Assembly (NCBI RefSeq): GCF_963921235.1
Contig: NC_086097.1
Coordinates: 19,904,001 to 19,968,000 of the forward strand
DNA length: 64,000 nt
Reading direction: 5' to 3'
Origin: Mobula hypostoma
Lineage: Eukaryota
Part shown: piece by piece, positions 36,431 to 50,119 of the stretch
Layout: the number at the start of each line of letters is the position of its first letter
Position numbering within the stretch: position 1 is the first letter of the stretch
Program-made: the position numbers and the translations under genes
The notes under the pieces: generated by a model
Seen by the model: the letters and a program-made list of their open reading frames with translations, nothing else
Databases searched by the model: none
What the model was told of the DNA's origin: nothing

Positions 36431-37959
36431 TCTGTTCATAGGCCCCTTTATAACAGTGAGGGATTGTTCAGATGATTGGGTATCACTTCAATCTATTCAT
36501 AAAATTAATAATTTCATTGTAGCTGGGACGAAGAAATTTGGAAGATCTGAGTGGTTTACAGTCGAATGTGCTGTTAAACATAGAAAGTCTCTGCATTTGC
36601 TACAGGGTGCCACACTGCACTATACTCCTGTCTCGCAAGTTTTATAAAATTCATTAGTACTCCAGCTAAATGCATAACATTTAAATGTAATTTCATTCTG
36701 ACAAGTTGTAGTATAAAATATCACAGCCTGCCCTCCATTTACAGATTAACTAGGATTATTCCTTTGACAATTGTTTGTACATATTAATTACTTTTTGTTT
36801 CCAGCTTGGAGGAAAGGAAGCCTTCAAATTTATGTCAAAACTGAGCAGGATTTAATGGTGTTAATAATTATGAAAACCCATCTTCCTTTTCTAAAATAAA
36901 TTATTATCTCAGTTCTATTCCCCAATATCCTCTTCACCACACTAAATAAACCATATCAGAATCCGGCTTATTATCACTGCCTTCTATGACATGGAATTTG
37001 TTGTTTTGCAGCTGCAGTGCAAAGATATAAAATGATTATAAAATACAAAATAAATAGTGAGAAAAGGAATAATGAGGTCCTGCTCATAGGTTCAGGGACT
37101 GCCCAGAAATCTGATGGTGGAGGGGTAGAAGCTGCTACTAAAACGCTGAGCGTGGGTCTTCAAGATCCTGTACCTGATGGTATTAATGGAGAGGGCATGT
37201 CCTGTATGGTGAGGGTCCCTGATGATGGATGTCATCTCCCTGAGGCACCAGTTCTTGAAGATGCTCTCAGTGCTGGGAAGGATCGTGCCTGTGATTCACT
37301 GGCTGACTCTCCAACCCTCTGCAGTCTCCTGCAATCCCGCGCATTCGAGATTCCAAACCAGGCATGCACTCTTCACCGTGTATCTGTAGGAGGCTCCTGA
37401 GACCAGGTGAGGGGTAAGGTGTGAGGGTGGAGGAGGGATGGGATGCAGTGAGCAGCTGGGAGGTGATAGGTGGAAGAGGTAAAGGGTTGAAGAAGGAGGA
37501 ACCTGGTAGGAGAGGACAGTGGACCATGGAATAAAGGGAAGGTGGTGGAACGGGTGAGGAGAAGAGGGGAGCAGAACGGGATTGGAAATAGAGAGAAGGT
37601 GGAGGAGAGAGAAATTACAGGAAATTAGAGAAATTAATATTCATGCCATTAAGTTGCAGGCTACCCAGACGGAATATGGGGTGTTGCCCTTCAACCTGAG
37701 AGTACCCCCATCTTGGCAGAAGAGGAGGTCATAGACTGGCATGACTTCACAAATGCCTCAACTGATCAAGGCAAGCATGCCATATTCCTGATGAAGGTCT
37801 CAGCCCAAAATGTCAACTGTTTATTCCTCTCCATAGATGCTGCATGACCTGCTGAGTTCCTCCAGCATTTTGTGTGTGTGTTGCTGATCAAACTTGAACA
37901 CTTTTGGGGAAACCTCCACTAGATACAATAAGCCTAAACCAAATAAAGACATTTTGTAA

Positions 37960-38520
37960 CCACTTTGTTTTCACTTAAGCAGAGTAAAGCAGCCTCTTTA
38001 AACAAGAGTTGCAGCAGTGCCGTCTCCTTCTGGAGAGCGTGTGAATATGTACAGCAATTAAGGGCTTATTAGGGTCCTGACATGATGCATAACTTGCCAG
38101 TAGTAGCCAAAATAGCCCAGGTCTTCACAGCAAACCCCAGCTGAGAAAAGACCCAGCCATTGTCTTGTCTAATTATTCTGAAAGGGCCTTCTTTTTGTTC
38201 CCCTTTGCCATGGTCTGTCCAATTGCTTTTACCAGGCTGCTCCTTGCATCCGTGCTGGAAGTGTGCTAATTAACTGCGAAACGGCCACAGTAATTATGTC
38301 AGGTCTGGTTAAAATGACAACAATGTGGAATATTATTTTTAAGCAATGTTTGTGAAAGCCCCAGTTTTGAAATCTCATTAAAGAGGAAACAGTGCATGCA
38401 GTAAAACTCAGTGCTCATCATACTTACTTATTTTCCTGATTTTTTTTTTAAACAAGTGTGTGGCTCCTGGGTGATGTAGCCATGCTGTTATTGTGCTAAT
38501 TACTGGTCTTGAGACAGACC
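37960..38520. promoter_or_regulatory. Candidate conserved non-coding enhancer
   Basis: TE-free; GCAATTAA, CTAATTAT, GCTAATTAA, GTAATTAT and GCTAATTAC homeodomain sites; SOX-like TTTGTT and ACAAT. Confidence 0.45.
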
Positions 38521-39049
38521 ACTGCTCTTGGACTACTGGTTAAGTGAGGTGAGAGCCACTTGCTTTGGGAAATCTCGGCTGGATTCTCAGTTGGTAGTTT
38601 ATTTAACTCAATAAGTTGTTCAGTCATGGCTAGAGTCCTCGGCCGAAATATCAATTCCTTTCATTGTGCTGAATGACCTGTTGAGTTCTTCCAGCATTTT
38701 GTGTGTGTTACGCTGTCAAGTCTGTGCTTTTCTTTCTGTTTTGGATTCCTCCGGGTGTTCTTTTTCTGTTTTGATTCAAACTACTGTAGTATGCTTGTTC
38801 CCTTTTGCAGAGTGAATTATCAGCTGCAGGCATGACCTATCGGTTAGGAAGTTTTCTGGACACTGTGCCAGTCTTTTGCAAAGCATCTATGCCTTCAGCT
38901 ATCTAGGCCCTATGCTCCAAAATTCCCTCTGTTCACCTCTTCTACACCCGTTTCTCCTCATTACAGCAGCCCTTAAAATCTACTTCTTTGATCAACTTGT
39001 TTTATTATCTCCTTATGTGACTTGACGTTGAACTTTTGATTGATAATTC

Positions 39050-39770
39050 TGGCTGTATACATGGGAAAGGATAGTATGGTGAAGAAACCAAGAGAGATGG
39101 AACATTTAGTCAAGAGGAAGAAGGAGGATTAGGAAGCAAAATATCATGCAGAGTACTTGAGGTTTATGAGATAGCCAGGAAGGAGCTTAAGAAGGGACTT
39201 GGAGAGCTGGAGCAGGAGATAAGAGGGCCTTGGTGAGTAGGATTAAGAAAAACCCCAAAGCATTCGACACGTACATGAGGAATAGAAGGATGACTAGAAC
39301 AAGGGTAGGATGCTCAGGAATTAAGGGAGAAATATGTGCCTGGAGGCAGAAGAGGTAGGGGAGGTCCTTAATAAATACTTCAGTGTTCACCAGGGAGAAA
39401 GAATGTGACGAATGTGCGGACAGCTTGGGACAAACTAACCTGCTGGAGCATGTTGAAGTTAACAGAGAGGTAGTGTTAGAGCTTCTGAAAAGCATTAGGA
39501 TAGATCATCTCCTGGAGTCCCAGGTTACTACTGGAAATGAGGAAAGAGATTACTGGGTTGTTGACAATGATCTTTGCATCCTCCCTGGCCACAAGAGTGG
39601 TAGCAGAGGATTGGAGGATGGCAAATGGTCTGTTGTTCAATAAAGTTAATAAGAATAATCCTGATTTATAGACCAGTGAGTCTTGTTTTGGTAGTAGGGA
39701 AACTATTGGAGAGGATTTTTAGGCACCAGATTTGGAGAAGCAGTCTGATTTGGGATAGTCAGCAAGGATT
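39050..39770 (+). mobile_element. CR1 LINE ORF2 fragment
   Basis: IKKNPKAF, EVLNKYF and YRPVSL..VVGKLLE motifs. Confidence 0.75.
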
Positions 39771-40049
39771 TGAGGATAGAAATGGGAAGGATGATAGAAA
39801 ACAGTTGAGTTGCAGAACTTCAAGATAATACCTGAGGACAGAGTAGCACAGCTCAACAAAACTACTTTCCGATCTGCATTTGGTTTCTCTCCCCATTCTT
39901 TGGAGTCCTCTCTTAGAGTGACAAATACAGAATGGAGAAATAATGCATGAACTGATGTCAGTTCTATATAATACTGGGTGAAATTGGAAATGGAAGCAAT
40001 TGTACTGCAGTGTCAGAGGCTAGAATGAAGTGAAGTTGATGGAAGGCAA

Positions 40050-40862
40050 AGACGGTGTACAGGAGTGAGATAGATCAGCTGGTTGAGTGTTGTTGCAACA
40101 AACTTGCACTCAACATCAGTAAGGCCAAGGAATTGATTGAAGACTTCAGGAGGAGAAAGTTTGGAGAACACAATCCAGTCCTCATCAAGGGGTCAGGAGT
40201 GGAAAGGGTGAGCAAATTCAAGTTCCTGGGTGCCATCATCTCTGAAGGTCTACCCTGGGGCCAATATATGAATGTAATTATGAAGAAGGTATGCCGACAG
40301 CTATATTTGATTAGAGGAAATTTGGTATGATATTAAAGACTGTAGCAAATTTCTACAAATGTACCGTGAAGACTACTCTGTCTGGTTGCAGTACTGTCTG
40401 GTATGGAGGCTCCAATAGAGTTATAAACTTAGACAGTTCTATCACGGGCATTAGCCTCCCACCGTCGAGGACATATTTAAAAGGTGGTGGCTCAAGAAGG
40501 TGGCATCCATCATAGTCATAGTCATACTTTATTGATCCCAGGGGAAACTGGTTATCATTAAGGACCCTCACCATCCAGGACATGCCGGCTCATTACTACC
40601 ATCAGGCAGGCAATGCAGGAACCCAAAGACGCACACTCAACACTTTAGGAACAGCTTCTTTCCCTCTGCCATCAGATCTCAGAACCGTCCATGAACCCAT
40701 AAACACAGCCTCATTAGTTTGCTCTTTTTTTACACCACTTTCTTTTAATGTTTCTTGTTGTAAACTTACTGTAATTCTATTATGTATTGTGTATGATGAA
40801 TTGTACTGCTGTTGTAAAACAACAAATTTCACAACGTGTCAGTTGTAATAAATGTGATTCTG
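40050..40862 (+). mobile_element. Rex1/Babar LINE 3' fragment
   Basis: YRSEIDQLVE..LNISKAKEL..FKFLG. Confidence 0.8.
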
Positions 40863-41739
40863 ATGAATACAATGAAGGAAATACTGTTACGAAATTTGTT
40901 GTTTTTGTGGTAGCAGTACAGTGCAAGACATTAAAAAAGTACTATCAATCATAATAGTAAATAGTGCAAAAGGGAAATAGTAAAGTAGAGTTCATGGAAC
41001 AGTCAGAAATCTGAAAATAGAGGGGAAGAAGCTGTTCCTAAAATATTGAGTGTTTTCGATAGGCTGCTGTACCTCCTTCCTTTTGGTAGCATTGAGAAGA
41101 GGGCATGTTGTATTGAGTTTTATTCAAAACTACGTACAGAAATAATGCTGCAGAAATGGTTAAACTGTCCAATTTCTACTGATAAGGCAGTTGCTGCATA
41201 ACTGATTACAGCTACAGTCATAGAGCTTGTGTACGATTCCACTCCAGATTAAAGCTCAGATAATTCTCAGACAGTTTAATCCTGATTTTCTATTTCAGGA
41301 AGGCCAAGAATGACCATCGCAAATGATTTTTAACAACAAGTTAAAATTATTTTGCATTTAGTGCATAATTCAATTGACTCATGAAGAACATTGAATTCAG
41401 CAAAACTTTCTATTTGGTTTCTGCACCTCATTTGTCCTAAACTGTGTTTGGATGAGAGTATCCCTGGAAGAAAGCTTTGCTGTATATGGGAGAAACAAGC
41501 AATCTGCTGGAGAAGCTCAGTGGGTCAAGTACCATCTCTGGAGAGAAAAGAACCTATCAATGTCTTGAGTCCAAAACCCTACACCAGGACAGGTGCAGGG
41601 TTTCAACCAAAAATCCCACAGATGCTGTTCAATTTACTGAGCTCTTCCAGCAATTTGTTTGTTGCTCTAGCTTCTAGCATCTGCAGTCTCCTGTAAGGCT
41701 TCACATCCATAGGATCTCGGTGTGAAGTTTGGGCATCCT

Positions 41740-43180
41740 TTGAGAGGGAGAAGCACAACTCAGATGTGTCACTATCGCAATGTAATAAAGGGAATTACAG
41801 AGGCATGAGAGAGGAGCTTGAAGGGTGACATTGGCAGGGATTACAGCAGAGCAGTAATGTCTGAAGTTTCTTGGAATAGTTCACAAAGCATAGGATGCAA
41901 ATGTCCCACAATAAAGAAGTTCTCAAATGGCTGTGGTAGGCAATCGTGGCTAACAAGGGAACTTAACAAATGCATAAAAGCCACATGAAAGGCCATATAA
42001 TGAAGCAAAAATGAGTGGGAAGTTGGATGATTGGGAAGTTTGTAAAATGCATCAAATGGCAGATAAAATGCCATAAGAATGGAAAGGATGAAACCTGAGG
42101 GCAAACTAGCCAGTAATATAAAGCAGGATACTAAAAGTTTTTCAGTTATATAAAGAGTAAAAGGAAGGCAAGAGTTAATATTGGACCACTGGAAAATGAT
42201 GCTAGTGAGGTAGTAATGAGTGACAAAGGAATGGTTGGTGAACTTAATGAGTACTTTGCATTACTGTGCAAGACATTTGCAGTGTGCCAGAGGTCCCATT
42301 GCTATTACAAAGGAAAAAGTGCTAGGCAAACTGAAAGGTCTTAAGGTGGATAAGTCACCTGGACCAGATTTTCTATATCCCAGACTTCTGAAAGAAGTTG
42401 CTGAAGAGATAGCAGATGCATTGGTCATGATCTTTCAAGACCCACTGCAATTTGCTTATTACTACAATGGGTCAACAGCAGACACAATCTCAATGGTTCC
42501 TCACATGGCCTTGGACCACCTGGACAATACAAACACCTGTGTCAGGATGCGGTTCATCAACTATAGTTCAGCATTTAACACCATCATTCCCACAATCCTG
42601 ATTGATAAGTTACAGAGCCTGGGCCTCTGTACCTCCCTTTGCAATTGGATCCTTGACTTCCTAACCAGAAGACCACAATCTTTTTTATCTTCAGCGGTTT
42701 GATTGGGGCACGACTGTGCAAGCACGTGGATGTCAGCCAGTTAGAACAGCGAGAAGAGTTTAAAAGGAGATAGCTTTATAGAGCGGGTGTCAGTGGTGGA
42801 GGATTCTCAATGAAACCTACCGAATGTTGAAAGGACTAGATAAAGTAGATGTGGAGAGGATGTCTCCTATAGTGGGGGTGTCCAGAACTAGATGCCACAG
42901 CCTCAAAATTGAGGGGTGACATTTTAGAACGGAGGGAAGGAGGAAATTTTTTGTAAGGGTGTAATGAATCCGTGGAATGCTCTGCCACAGACAGCTGTGG
43001 AGGCCAAGGTTGTAGGTATATTTAAAGCAAAAATTGATGGTTTCCTGATTGGTCAGGGCATCAAAGGTTATGGCGAGTAGGTAGATATATGGGGTTGAGT
43101 GGGATCTGGGATCAGCCATGATGGAATGGCGGAGCAGGCTTGATGGGCTGAATGGCCTAATTCTATGTCTTATGGTCTAT
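41740..43180 (+). mobile_element. CR1 fragments with an embedded Rex1 piece (about 42438-42680)
   Basis: KVDKSPGPD joined to [17 protein letters not shown]1 tail TCTTATGGTC. Confidence 0.75.
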
Positions 43181-43259
43181 GGTAATAGAAGCGAGCTGAC
43201 ATGAATGATGGGCAGAAGAAATAGTTTGGAAGTAGACCTTCCTAACTAATATCTATCTC

Positions 43260-44405
43260 ATCATCGTTGTGGCTATCCCTCGAGGTCGAGGATGATGGTC
43301 TTCGTTCTGTTGATCTACTTATGGGCTCTCAACGTAGGCACGAGGAACTCAGCAGATGATGGAAATTGACGCTCTGTCCGCCAGAGAACAGAAGAGATTC
43401 AAAGACGTCTTAAAAGCCAACATGAAGAAATGTAACATCGACATCAACAATTGGGAAATGCTCTGTCCACCAGAGAAAGCAGGATCTCCCAGTGGCCACA
43501 CATTTTAATTCCACATCCCATTCCCATTCTGATATGTCTATCCACAGCCTCCTCCACTGTAAAGATGAAGCCACACTCAGGTTGGAGGAACAACACCTTA
43601 TATTCTGTCTGGGTAGCCTCCAACCTGATGGCATGAACATTGACTTCTCTAACTTCGCTAATGCCCCACCTCCCCTTCGTACCCCATCCGTTATTTATTT
43701 ATATACACACATTCTTTCTCTCTCTCTCCTTTTTCTCCCTCTGTCCCTCTCACTATACCCCTTTCCCATCCTCTGGGTTTTCCCCCCCTCCCCCTTTTCC
43801 TTCTCCCTGGGCCTCCTGTCCCATGATCCTCTCGTATCCCTTTTGCCAATCAACTGTCCAGCTCTTGGCTCCATCCCTCCCCCTCCTGTCTTCTCCTATC
43901 ATTTTGGATCTCCCCCTCCCCCTCCCACTTTCAAATCTCTTACTAGCTCTTCCTTCAGTTAGTCCTGATGAAGGGTCTCGGCCCGAAACATCAACAGTAC
44001 CTCTTCCTAGAGATGCTGCCTGGCCTGCTGCGTTCACCAGCAACTTATGGGCTCTCAAGTGGCTTATGAGTCCAATCTTGGCTTTGAAAGTTTTTCTGCA
44101 TTCAGGACAGGTAGTTCCAGATGGCAGATCGGGCTTTGGTTGTTGCTGCCTCTCTTCTTCTCTTTTCTTCTAATTCTGCAGATCTGTTGGCTTTGAAAGT
44201 TGCTGTTCCTTCTCGGATAACGGCTTGCCAGAGTTTTCTGTCCTTGTCATTGGTTTCCCAATTGTTGATGTCGATGTTACATTTCTTCATGTTGGCTTTT
44301 AAGACGCCTTTGAATCTCTTCTGTTGTCCACCTCTTTTACGTTTGACTTCTTTAAGCTGGGAGTAGAAGATTTGTTTCGGCAGACATTCGTCTTTCATCT
44401 GAACA
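43260..44405 (-). mobile_element. RTE-clade LINE 3' end, interrupted at 43333-44042 by a Penelope family-B insertion
   Basis: LPKQIFYSQL..RKRGGQQKRFK..LKANMKKC..WE; 16-bp TSD ACTTATGGGCTCTCAA at 43317-43332 and 44043-44058. Confidence 0.85.
43961..43996 (+). ncRNA. Minimal type I hammerhead ribozyme motif in a Penelope terminal repeat (partly decayed)
   Basis: AGTC-CTGATGA-AGGGTCTCGGCCC-GAAA-CATC-AAC; in-window consensus CAGTC CTGAYGA...GAAA CGTC GACTG. Confidence 0.65.
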
Positions 44406-47400
44406 ACATCTATCTAACCTCAACCTCATCCTCATCTTCTCTCCTGGAAGTTCCAGTCCCTTCCCTTCCAGCAGCAGAGAGATGCCTTGCTGCTTTCATC
44501 CTATCCTCTGGATTGCTAGCTCTTTCACCATTACCTGGTCCAGGTTCCAGAGGTTCTGTACTTCAGAGTAACGGTCCTCTCAACCTGCCACTAGCTATCA
44601 CTTGCACCCTTCTCACCCAATATGATTTCAGCGGATATGGAGAGGGGTGGCTAAGGTTTCAAAAGTGAGGAGGAGATGCTTCAGTTCTACAGAAGCAGGA
44701 TCAATGCTCATCTGGATTATCATAGGTCTGGTATGGAGAGAGCAATGCACAGGATTGCAAGAGGCTTTAGAGAGTTGCAGCCTCAGCCAGTGCCATCATG
44801 GGTCTCTCCACAATTGAGGACCTCTTCAAAAAGCGGTACCTCAAGTTGGTACCCACCATGAAAGACCTTCACAGTCCAGAACATGCTCTCTTCTCACCAC
44901 TATCCTCAAGGAGGAGACATGCGAGCCTGAAGACCCACAATCAACATTTTAGGAACAGTTTCTTCTCCTCTGTCATCAAATTTCTGAACTGTCCATGAAC
45001 TCATAAACACTACCTCACCGTAACTCTGCACTACATTTTTTTTTAATCATAACATGGAGTAATTTGTTATGCCAACATTGTGCTGCTGCCACAAAAAACA
45101 AATTTCATGACATGTCAGTGACAATGAACCTGATTCTGAAATGCTGACATTAGATGTAATTACCTTGTTTCTTTGAAACATTGCCTAAGTTTTATTTTCT
45201 ATGGATTTGAGAGGTCAGGTGGGGCCTCAGTTTAATATCTCACCTAATAAAATGGATCGCCAGATGTAAAACTTGCATTGGAAAGTTAACAAATGCAGTG
45301 TGCTCAATTGTCTGCAATGGAACCTGAGCCTACAGCTTCCTGGCTCATAAACTAATCTGCTAGCATTCAACTATGATTGACAGACAACTACAAGAGTAAA
45401 GATAAAGATGAGCTTTATTTGTCGCAAGTACATTGAAACATGGAAACGTACAGTGAAATGTGTCGTTTGTGTCAATGACCAAAACAGTCTGAGTATGAGC
45501 TGGGGGCAGCCCACAAAGTGTCACCAGCTTCTGATGCCAACATAGCATGCCCACAACCCGTACTAATTCATACAAAGCCAGAGCACCCAGAAGAAGCCCA
45601 ATGTGGTCACGGGAAGAATGTATAAACTGTTTACAGACAAGAACAGGAATCTAACCCTGATTGCTAGCGCTGCAAAGTGTTACGCTTGCTGCTACACTGC
45701 TGTGCCACAAACACATTACGGTCAGCAGCAAGACCCCTATTCAGTGAACAGCCAGTGTAAGTAACCATTGGCAGAGATTTCAACTTGCCTTTCTCCCTCT
45801 TGCTTGTCTTCATTAACATTGTGAATGAGAGTTAATCACATTTACTTCTATGTGAACCATTTCAGAATCTGATGCACTGGTAGTTGACTTCTACCATTTT
45901 CTTAATTCCAGAACAGTTCCCACAGAAAGCAAACATAAGTACACTACTTAGGATAGGGAGGAGTAGGTAGAAAACAGTAAAATGTTAATCATCTATTACA
46001 TGGCATCAGACCATTTCAAAAATAATGATAGTCTTGGGCAGTCAACATAGGTTTATGAATGAATCCATGCTTGACAAATATCTTGGACTTGCAGTACATC
46101 CCAAGGTACCTTTATACATCAATACTTCTAAGGGTTCTGCAATTTATAGCGTACTTTCCTCTTGCATTTAACGTCCCCAAATCCAGCAGTTCATGCATCC
46201 AAATTACATTTCATCTGCCATTTTCTGGCCCATATTTCTGATTGTTTTACATCCTGCTGTAACATTCTTCGACAATTTCTTTGACAACTTTTCTCACTAT
46301 CCACAACTCCATCAACTTTCATTCCATTTGTAAACTTGTGAATCAAATCACCTGTAATTTCCTCCAAATGTATACATTTCAAAATTCAAGATCAAGATTT
46401 TTTAATGTCATTTCCAGTACACAAGTGTTGAAGGTGAATGAAATAATTGTTACTCCAGATCTGATGCAGCACAAAAAACACAATAAGATAAAGAATACAA
46501 TAATTTTAAAAACACAAATATAAACACTTACATGCATAGATTGATCACACAAACAAGGGATCCCTATAACCTTTCAAATTATTTCCCTTCTTTAAGCATG
46601 TAAGATGCTTATATAAGCCACTTTTTAAAAATGTGTGAGTTTAGAGAAAGCACCTAAAAGGAAAACAGAAGAAAGGAATGGACCCTCATCTAGTTTAGCA
46701 AGATTGCATTAGAATGCTGCAGATTAGCAGATTAGTTGTCTGATCAAGTCATCATGACAAATTGTCCAACCTTTCACCTTCTAATCCTTTGTACTAAGTA
46801 AGATCTACTCTAGGGAGCATGGCAAATCCAGTACAGTTTTATCTCCACTATAAAACAGAGCATTAGCCGCAATAAGTGATTGGACGCAGACTGCTTAACT
46901 GTAAAACCACATTGACTAGAAATCTCTATGTGGAGCATTACATTATTAAGATAAGGAAAATGTATTAAAGCATCTGTTGACTGCAGACTCATCTACATAT
47001 AACTGTGAATACCTGTAAGATCTACCAACAGGCAGCATCTATGGAGAGGAATAAACAGTCAACATTTCAGGCTGAAAGCCCTCATCAGGTCCTTGTTGCT
47101 CATGGCTTCTAGCATTGCAGAATCTCCTGTATCCATATATCAGGTGTTTCTAACCCAGGGATGGCCTGTGTGCCTCTGGCTTGGTCTTCGGGGAAGGGTG
47201 TGAGGCAAAATTTCCAAGTCTGCGGATAGTGGGAAATTGAGAGGTATTGCAAATAATGAGGGGGATTATGATGCAGAGAAGAATGGGCGAACTCATGCAC
47301 AGGAAACACAAAGCAGCAAAGTGTGAGCCTTAAACCCACCTCAGCAATACTGACAGGTGTATCTCTTCACCTTGGCACAGCTGGTAGAGTCACTGTCTCA

Positions 47401-50119
47401 GAGCTCCAATGACCAGGGGTTGACCCTGATCTCTGGTGTTGCTTAAACATTCTTCCTATGACTGCATGGGCTTCCTCTGGGTGTGGGTCACTTGGTTTAC
47501 TACCCACTGTAAATTGCCCCTTGAGAGCAGGTGAGTAGAAAAATCTGATGTAGGTGGATGTGAATGTTTCAAAATTAATGTAATTGGGTGCTTGATGGTT
47601 AGCAGACTGTAATGTCAGTGTGATGGGTAGGGAGACATAGCACTGTGATGCCTTCAGTTGTCCATCAAAATCCAATGACGATGTCCACTCCTTTAACTGT
47701 GAGATCTTTGATGACTATACAGTCCACAGCAGTGCAGATTTAACTGCTTGCTTGTAGGTGACTCAGTGGCATAGCTGGTAGAAACGCTGTGTCACAGTGC
47801 CAGAGACCCCGGGTTCAATCGTAACATGGATGTTCCTTGCATAGAGACTGGAATTTCACCATAGGAGTTTCCTCTCACATTCCAAGGATGAAAAATGTCC
47901 TGCCAAAGGGTCTCAGCCCGTAAAGTCAACTGTACTTTTTCCCAAGGATGCTTTCTGGCCTGCTGAGTTCCTCCAGCACTTTTATGCGTGTAACTGACTA
48001 ACCTGTACATTTTTGGAATGAGAGTGGAAACCGGAGCTTCAATGCAGACGTGGGGAGAATGTAAATCTCCTTACAGAGAGCAGCAGGATTGAACCACGTT
48101 GCTGACACTGTAATAGCATTATGCTAACCACCATGTTACTGCGCCGCCTTGATGGTTGGTATAATCTCAAAAGAGCTTGTTTCCATGCTATTTCTCATTG
48201 TGGAGGTGAACTACCATAAACCTATCACAGAATCAATGAATGATAACAGGAAGGGACCCTCAATCTTGCATCAGTGTGTTGAAAGAATTAATTGCTTCTT
48301 CATGTTATTTCTTGCAAATTTCCCTTTCTTGTATTCAAAAGCTATTTTCCATCAGCAGGCACTTGTATAGTGCCTTCAACATAGTGCGCTGTGCCAAAGC
48401 CTTTCACAAGAATTCGATCAAAGAAGACGGGGTGACATGGTAGCATAGCAATTAGCATTACACTTTGCAGCAACAGTGATTACCAACCGGAGTTCAATTC
48501 CCACCACTGCTTGTAAGGTGTTTGTACATTCTCTCAGTGACTGTCTGGGTTTCTTCTACGTGCTCCGGTTTCCTCCCACACTTCAAAGACGTACGTGTTA
48601 AGGTTAGTGTTAGTAACGAGTAGTCTTTGGGGTACTGCAAGTCTGGGTCTTTATTGATGCACGTTTGAGTGCTCGGTGAGGGGCAACGATGCTTTTTTAC
48701 TGGTGGGGGAGTAAGGGGGGTTGTGCCTTGCTGGTGCTCATGTGTGTGGGAGGGGAAAGCTGGGGGTTGCTTTGGGGTTCTAACATTTGTCATTCATTCT
48801 TTGGGGGCACTCCTCTGTTTTTGTGGATGTTTGCAAAGAAAAAGAATTTCAGGATGTATATTGTATACATTTCTCAGACATTAAATGTACCTATTGAATT
48901 TATTGAGTTGGGAGCATGCTATGTTCATGCCAGAAACATGGTCACACTTGTGGGCTGTCCCCCAGCATCTGTGTTGGCCATTGATGCAAAAATCACATTT
49001 CACTGTATGTGTTGATGTACATGACAAATAAAGCTAATATTTAAAATCTTTACACCAAATAAATGGACGGACAAGAGGGTAGATGAGCCAAAAGCCTGGT
49101 GTAATAAGTTTTGTTTTGAGAGGCATTATAGCTGACTGTGGAAATACAGTGGGGTAGAAGGGTTTAGAGAGGGAATTCTAGAGCTGAAAGCCTTTATGTC
49201 TGAGGGTGTGGCTGCCAATTAGAATGCAGAGCAAGACAGAAGTACAAAAAGCTCATGGTTGAAAGGGATGACGAAGACTTGAAGTTAGAGAGTGGCAAGG
49301 GCTTGGGATATTTGTCAACAGCTAAAAGGCATAAAGATGATAAAAACCTGAAATTAGTTTTCAGGTTTTTATCATCATCTACATGAGGTACTTAATAAAG
49401 CGGCCACTGAGTGTATATTCATGGTCTTCTACTGCTGTAGCCCATCTACTTCCAGATTCGACATGTGAGTTTAGACATGCTCATTTGCACACCACTATTG
49501 TAACTTGTGGTTACTTGAGTTACTGTCACCTTCCTGTCAGCCTGAACCAGTCAGGTCATTTTCCTCTCACCTGTCTAATTAACAAGGCTTTTTTGTCCAC
49601 AGAACTGCAGCTCACTGAATTTTTTTTTGTTTGTTTACCACACCATTCTCTGTAAACTCTAGAAACTGTTGTGTGTGAAAATCTTAGATCAGCAAATTTT
49701 GAAATACTCAGACCACCCCATCTGGCACCAGCAATCATTCCATTGTCAAAATCACTTGGATCATATTTCTTGCCCGTTCTGATCATTGATATGCACAGCT
49801 ACTGAACCTCTTGACTATGTTTGGATGCTTTTATGCATTGAGTTGCTGCCACATGATTAGCTGATAAAATATTTGCATTAATGAGATGTACAGGTGTATT
49901 GAGAAAGCGACCACTGAGCAGAAATCACTATATTCAATAAAGGCAGCATCTGGACTGGAAGAGTAAACAGCTGAGGTTCAAGATTTTTTATTCCAGCACT
50001 GCTGATAAAGCAATATGCAGTGCTTGAAAATATAGAATCTATGTTATTTTCAAGATGAAGCATGCTGGATGTATACATTTGGTTCAATAAACTGCACGCA
50101 TGCAGTTTTCTGCGTAGAA

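Noticed and set aside
42220..42702. CR1-Rex1 chimeric ORF
   Set aside because: Chance in-frame junction of two decayed fragments with no cis elements.
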